Part shown: positions 57,881 to 64,000 of the stretch, in pieces
Layout of the letters: each line of letters begins with the position of its first letter
Position numbering within the stretch: position 1 is the stretch's first letter
From: a phage
Length of the DNA: 64,000 nucleotides
Sequence record: PZ509022.1
Strand: one strand, 5' to 3'
Translations under genes and position numbers: made by a program
Notes under the pieces: generated by a model
Databases searched by the model: none
What the model saw: the letters and a program-made list of their open reading frames with translations, nothing else
Told to the model about the DNA's origin: nothing

Positions 57881-59460
57881 GTAATAATACATATCAACAC
57901 GTTTCTAATGAATCTCGTTATGTAAAATTTGATCCAACTGGTACAAATTTTCCGGAAGAGATTACTGATGTTCAGGCTGCTATAGCAGCCATTTCTCCTG
58001 CTGGCGTAAATGGAGTTCCTGATGCATCGTCAACAACAAAGGGAATTTTATTTCTTGCCACTGAACAGGAAGTTATAGATGGAACTAATAATACCAAAGC
58101 AGTTACACCGGCAACGTTGGCAACAAGATTATCATATCCAAATGCTACCGAAGAAGTTTATGGACTTACACGTTATTCAACAGACGATGAAGCTGTAGCT
58201 GGTGTTAATAATGAATCATCTATAACTCCGGCTAAATTTACTACAGCAATTAATCACATTTTTGATACACGAATTTCTTCTGAAAGTTCACTTGGCGTTA
58301 TTAAGTTATCATCTCTACCGCAAGCATTAGCTGGTGCAGATGATACTACTGCAATGACTCCATTAAAAACGCAGCAGTTAGCTATTAAATTAATTGCGCA
58401 AATTGCTCCTTCTGAAACCACAGCTACCGAATCGGACCAAGGTGTTGTTCAATTAGCAACAGTAGCGCAGGTTCGTCAGGGAACTTTGAGAGAAGGCTAT
58501 GCAATTTCTCCTTATACGCTAATGAATTCTACTGCTACTGAAGAATATAAAGGCGTAATTAAATTAGGAACACAATCAGAAGTTAACTCGAATAATGCTT
58601 CTGTTGCTGTTACTGGTGCAACTCTTAATGGTCGTGGTTCTACAACGTCAATGAGAGGCGTAGTTAAATTAACTACAACTGCCGGCTCACAGAGTGGAGG
58701 TGATGCTTCATCAGCACTAGCTTGGAATGCTGACGTTATCCACCAAAGAGGCGGTCAAACTATCAATGGAACACTTCGCATTAATAACACGCTCACGATA
58801 GCTTCAGGCGGAGCAAATATTACCGGTACAGTTAACATGACCGGTGGTTATATTCAAGGTAAGCGTGTCGTAACACAAAATGAAATTGATAGAACTATTC
58901 CTGTCGGAGCTATTATGATGTGGGCTGCTGATAGTCTTCCTAGTGATGCTTGGCGTTTTTGCCACGGTGGAACTGTTTCAGCGTCAGATTGTCCATTATA
59001 TGCTTCTAGAATTGGAACAAGATACGGCGGAAGCTCATCAAATCCTGGATTGCCTGACATGCGTGGTCTTTTTGTTCGTGGCTCTGGTCGTGGCTCTCAC
59101 TTAACGAATCCAAATGTTAATGGTAATGACCAATTTGGTAAGCCTAGATTAGGTGTAGGTTGTACCGGTGGATATGTCGGTGAAGTACAAAAACAGCAGA
59201 TGTCTTATCATAAACACGCTGGCGGATTCGGTGAGCGTGATGATTCTGGGGCATTCGGTAATACCCGTAGATCAAATTTTGTTGGTACACGTAAAGGACT
59301 TGACTGGGATAACCGTTCATACTTCACCAATGATGGATATGAAATTGACCCGGCATCGCAGCGAAATTCCAAATATACGTTAAATCGCCCTGAATTAATT
59401 GGAAATGAAACACGTCCATGGAACATTTCTTTAAACTACATAATTAAGGTAAAAGAATGA
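57877..59460 (+). CDS. 12: Short tail fibre gp12
   Basis: 527-aa ORF, T4 gp12 length and position; Thr/Ser/Gly-rich repeats. Confidence 0.93.
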   Translation: MSNNTYQHVSNESRYVKFDPTGTNFPEEITDVQAAIAAISPAGVNGVPDASSTTKGILFLATEQEVIDGTNNTKAVTPATLATRLSYPNATEEVYGLTRYSTDDEAVAGVNNESSITPAKFTTAINHIFDTRISSESSLGVIKLSSLPQALAGADDTTAMTPLKTQQLAIKLIAQIAPSETTATESDQGVVQLATVAQVRQGTLREGYAISPYTLMNSTATEEYKGVIKLGTQSEVNSNNASVAVTGATLNGRGSTTSMRGVVKLTTTAGSQSGGDASSALAWNADVIHQRGGQTINGTLRINNTLTIASGGANITGTVNMTGGYIQGKRVVTQNEIDRTIPVGAIMMWAADSLPSDAWRFCHGGTVSASDCPLYASRIGTRYGGSSSNPGLPDMRGLFVRGSGRGSHLTNPNVNGNDQFGKPRLGVGCTGGYVGEVQKQQMSYHKHAGGFGERDDSGAFGNTRRSNFVGTRKGLDWDNRSYFTNDGYEIDPASQRNSKYTLNRPELIGNETRPWNISLNYIIKVKE

Positions 59461-60920
59461 CAGATATTGTACTGAATGACTTACCATTCGTTGACGGCCC
59501 TCCTGCAGAGGGCCAGAGCCGCATTTCCTGGATTAAAAACGGCGAAGAAATATTAGGAGCTGACACACAATATGGAAGTGAAGGCTCAATGAATAGGCCC
59601 ACAGTTTCTGTATTAAGAAATGTTGAAGTTCTCGATAAAAACATCGGAATACTTAAAACATCTTTAGAAACCGCAAATAGTGATATTAAAACAATTCAGG
59701 GCATCTTAGATGTATCTGGTGATATAGAAGCTTTAGCACAAATAAGTATCAATAAAAAGGATATTTCTGACCTCAAAACGCTAACCAGTGAACATACAGA
59801 AATATTAAATGGAACTAATAGTACAGTTGACAACATTCTTGCTGATATTGGTCCATTTAACTCCGAGGCCAACTCTGTATACAGAACGATCAGAAATGAT
59901 TTACTGTGGATAAAGCGTGAACTTGGACAATACACAGGTCAAGATATTAATGGTCTTCCTGTTGTAGGAAATCCTAGCACAGGAATGAAGCATCGCATCA
60001 TTAATAATACTGATGTCATCACTTCACAGGGAATACGTTTAAGCGAATTAGAAACAAAATTCATTGAATCTGATGTAGGTTCTTTAACTATTGAAGTTGG
60101 TAATCTTCGCGAAGAGCTTGGACCGAAACCACCGTCATTTTCACAAAACATCTACAGTCGTTTAAATGAAATTGACACTAAACAGACAACATTCGAATCT
60201 GACATTAGTGCTATTAAGACCTCAATAGGATATCCAGGAAATAATTCGATTATCACGAGTGTTAATACAAACACTGATAATATTGCATCTATTAATTTAG
60301 AGCTAAATCAAAGTGGAGGTATTAAACAGCGTTTAACAGTTATTGAAACTTCCATTGGTTCAGATGATATTCCTTCGAGTATTAAAGGTCAAATCAAAGA
60401 TAATACAACTTCAATCGAATCTCTGAATGGAATCGTCGGTGAAAACACTTCATCCGGTTTAAGAGCGAATGTTTCGTGGTTAAACCAAATTGTTGGAACT
60501 GATTCTAGCGGTGGACAACCTTCTCCTCCTGGGTCTCTTTTAAACCGAGTTTCTACAATTGAAACTTCTGTTTCAGGTTTGAATAACGATGTTCAGAACC
60601 TACAAGTAGAGATTGGTAATAACAGCACAGGAATTAAAGGGCAAGTTGTAGCGTTAAATACTTTAGTAAATGGAACTAATCCAAACGGTTCAACTGTTGA
60701 AGAGCGCGGATTAACCAATTCAATAAAAGCTAACGAAACCAACATTGCATCAGTTACACAAGAAGTGAATACAGCCAAAGGTAGTATATCTTCTCTGCAA
60801 GGTGATGTTCAAGCTCTACAAGAAGCAGGTTATATTCCTGAAGCTCCAAAAGATGGTCAAGCTTACGTTCGTAAAGACGGCGAATGGGTATTACTTTCTA
60901 CCTTTTTATCACCAGCATAA
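59457..60920 (+). CDS. wac: Fibritin (whisker) wac
   Basis: 487-aa ORF with coiled-coil repeats and the C-terminal foldon [27 protein letters not shown]. Confidence 0.96.
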   Translation: MTDIVLNDLPFVDGPPAEGQSRISWIKNGEEILGADTQYGSEGSMNRPTVSVLRNVEVLDKNIGILKTSLETANSDIKTIQGILDVSGDIEALAQISINKKDISDLKTLTSEHTEILNGTNSTVDNILADIGPFNSEANSVYRTIRNDLLWIKRELGQYTGQDINGLPVVGNPSTGMKHRIINNTDVITSQGIRLSELETKFIESDVGSLTIEVGNLREELGPKPPSFSQNIYSRLNEIDTKQTTFESDISAIKTSIGYPGNNSIITSVNTNTDNIASINLELNQSGGIKQRLTVIETSIGSDDIPSSIKGQIKDNTTSIESLNGIVGENTSSGLRANVSWLNQIVGTDSSGGQPSPPGSLLNRVSTIETSVSGLNNDVQNLQVEIGNNSTGIKGQVVALNTLVNGTNPNGSTVEERGLTNSIKANETNIASVTQEVNTAKGSISSLQGDVQALQEAGYIPEAPKDGQAYVRKDGEWVLLSTFLSPA

Positions 60921-60923
60921 CAT

Positions 60924-60939
60924 GGGGCCGCAAGGCCCC
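60924..60939 (+). terminator. Terminator hairpin after wac
   Basis: GGGGCC-GCAA-GGCCCC stem-loop 4 nt after the wac stop; T-run follows after a short gap. Confidence 0.55.
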
Positions 60940-60952
60940 AAAGGATTTTTAA

Positions 60953-62654
<1,702 letters not shown>

Positions 62655-62695
62655 TAAATATTATAAACTAATTAAAGCCCAGATTAGGAGAAATC

Positions 62696-64000
<1,305 letters not shown>

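Noticed and set aside
59696-60151. Minus-strand ORFs of 79 and 70 aa
   Set aside because: Antisense within wac, which is confirmed by its foldon and coiled-coil repeats.

Overview
This window is a contiguous segment of a T4-like (T-even, Tequatrovirus-type) phage genome. Coordinates 1 to about 45230 are almost entirely minus-strand early and middle genes: clamp loader and clamp (44, 45), rpbA, recombination nuclease 46/47, alpha-glucosyltransferase, late sigma factor gp55, nrdH/nrdG/nrdD, endonuclease VII, nrdC, a roughly 12 kb block of small and mid-sized accessory ORFs, rI, tk, regB, a GrcA-like glycyl radical cofactor, denV, lysozyme e, nudE, internal proteins, a tRNA cluster split by the homing endonuclease segB, 57B/57A, and genes 1, 3, 2, 4. 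From 45276 to the end the plus strand carries the late baseplate and tail-fibre module (53, 5, 5.1, 5.4, 6 to 12, wac, 13, 14, 15, start of 16). It is a close relative of T4 but not T4 itself: nrdD is one uninterrupted 605-aa ORF (no group I intron), a seg-like GIY-YIG ORF sits between nrdD and 49, and I read ten tRNAs including His, Asn and Tyr with no Pro. The most interesting unexplained content is in the nrdC-to-rI accessory block: four tandem paralogous coiled-coil-tailed proteins, an N-terminal Pol-beta-type nucleotidyltransferase followed by a small membrane protein, an AAA+ ATPase, and a macro-domain protein. All calls rest on reading the ORF translations and sequence motifs; T4 gene names are from recalled protein sequences and gene order, and no database search was run.
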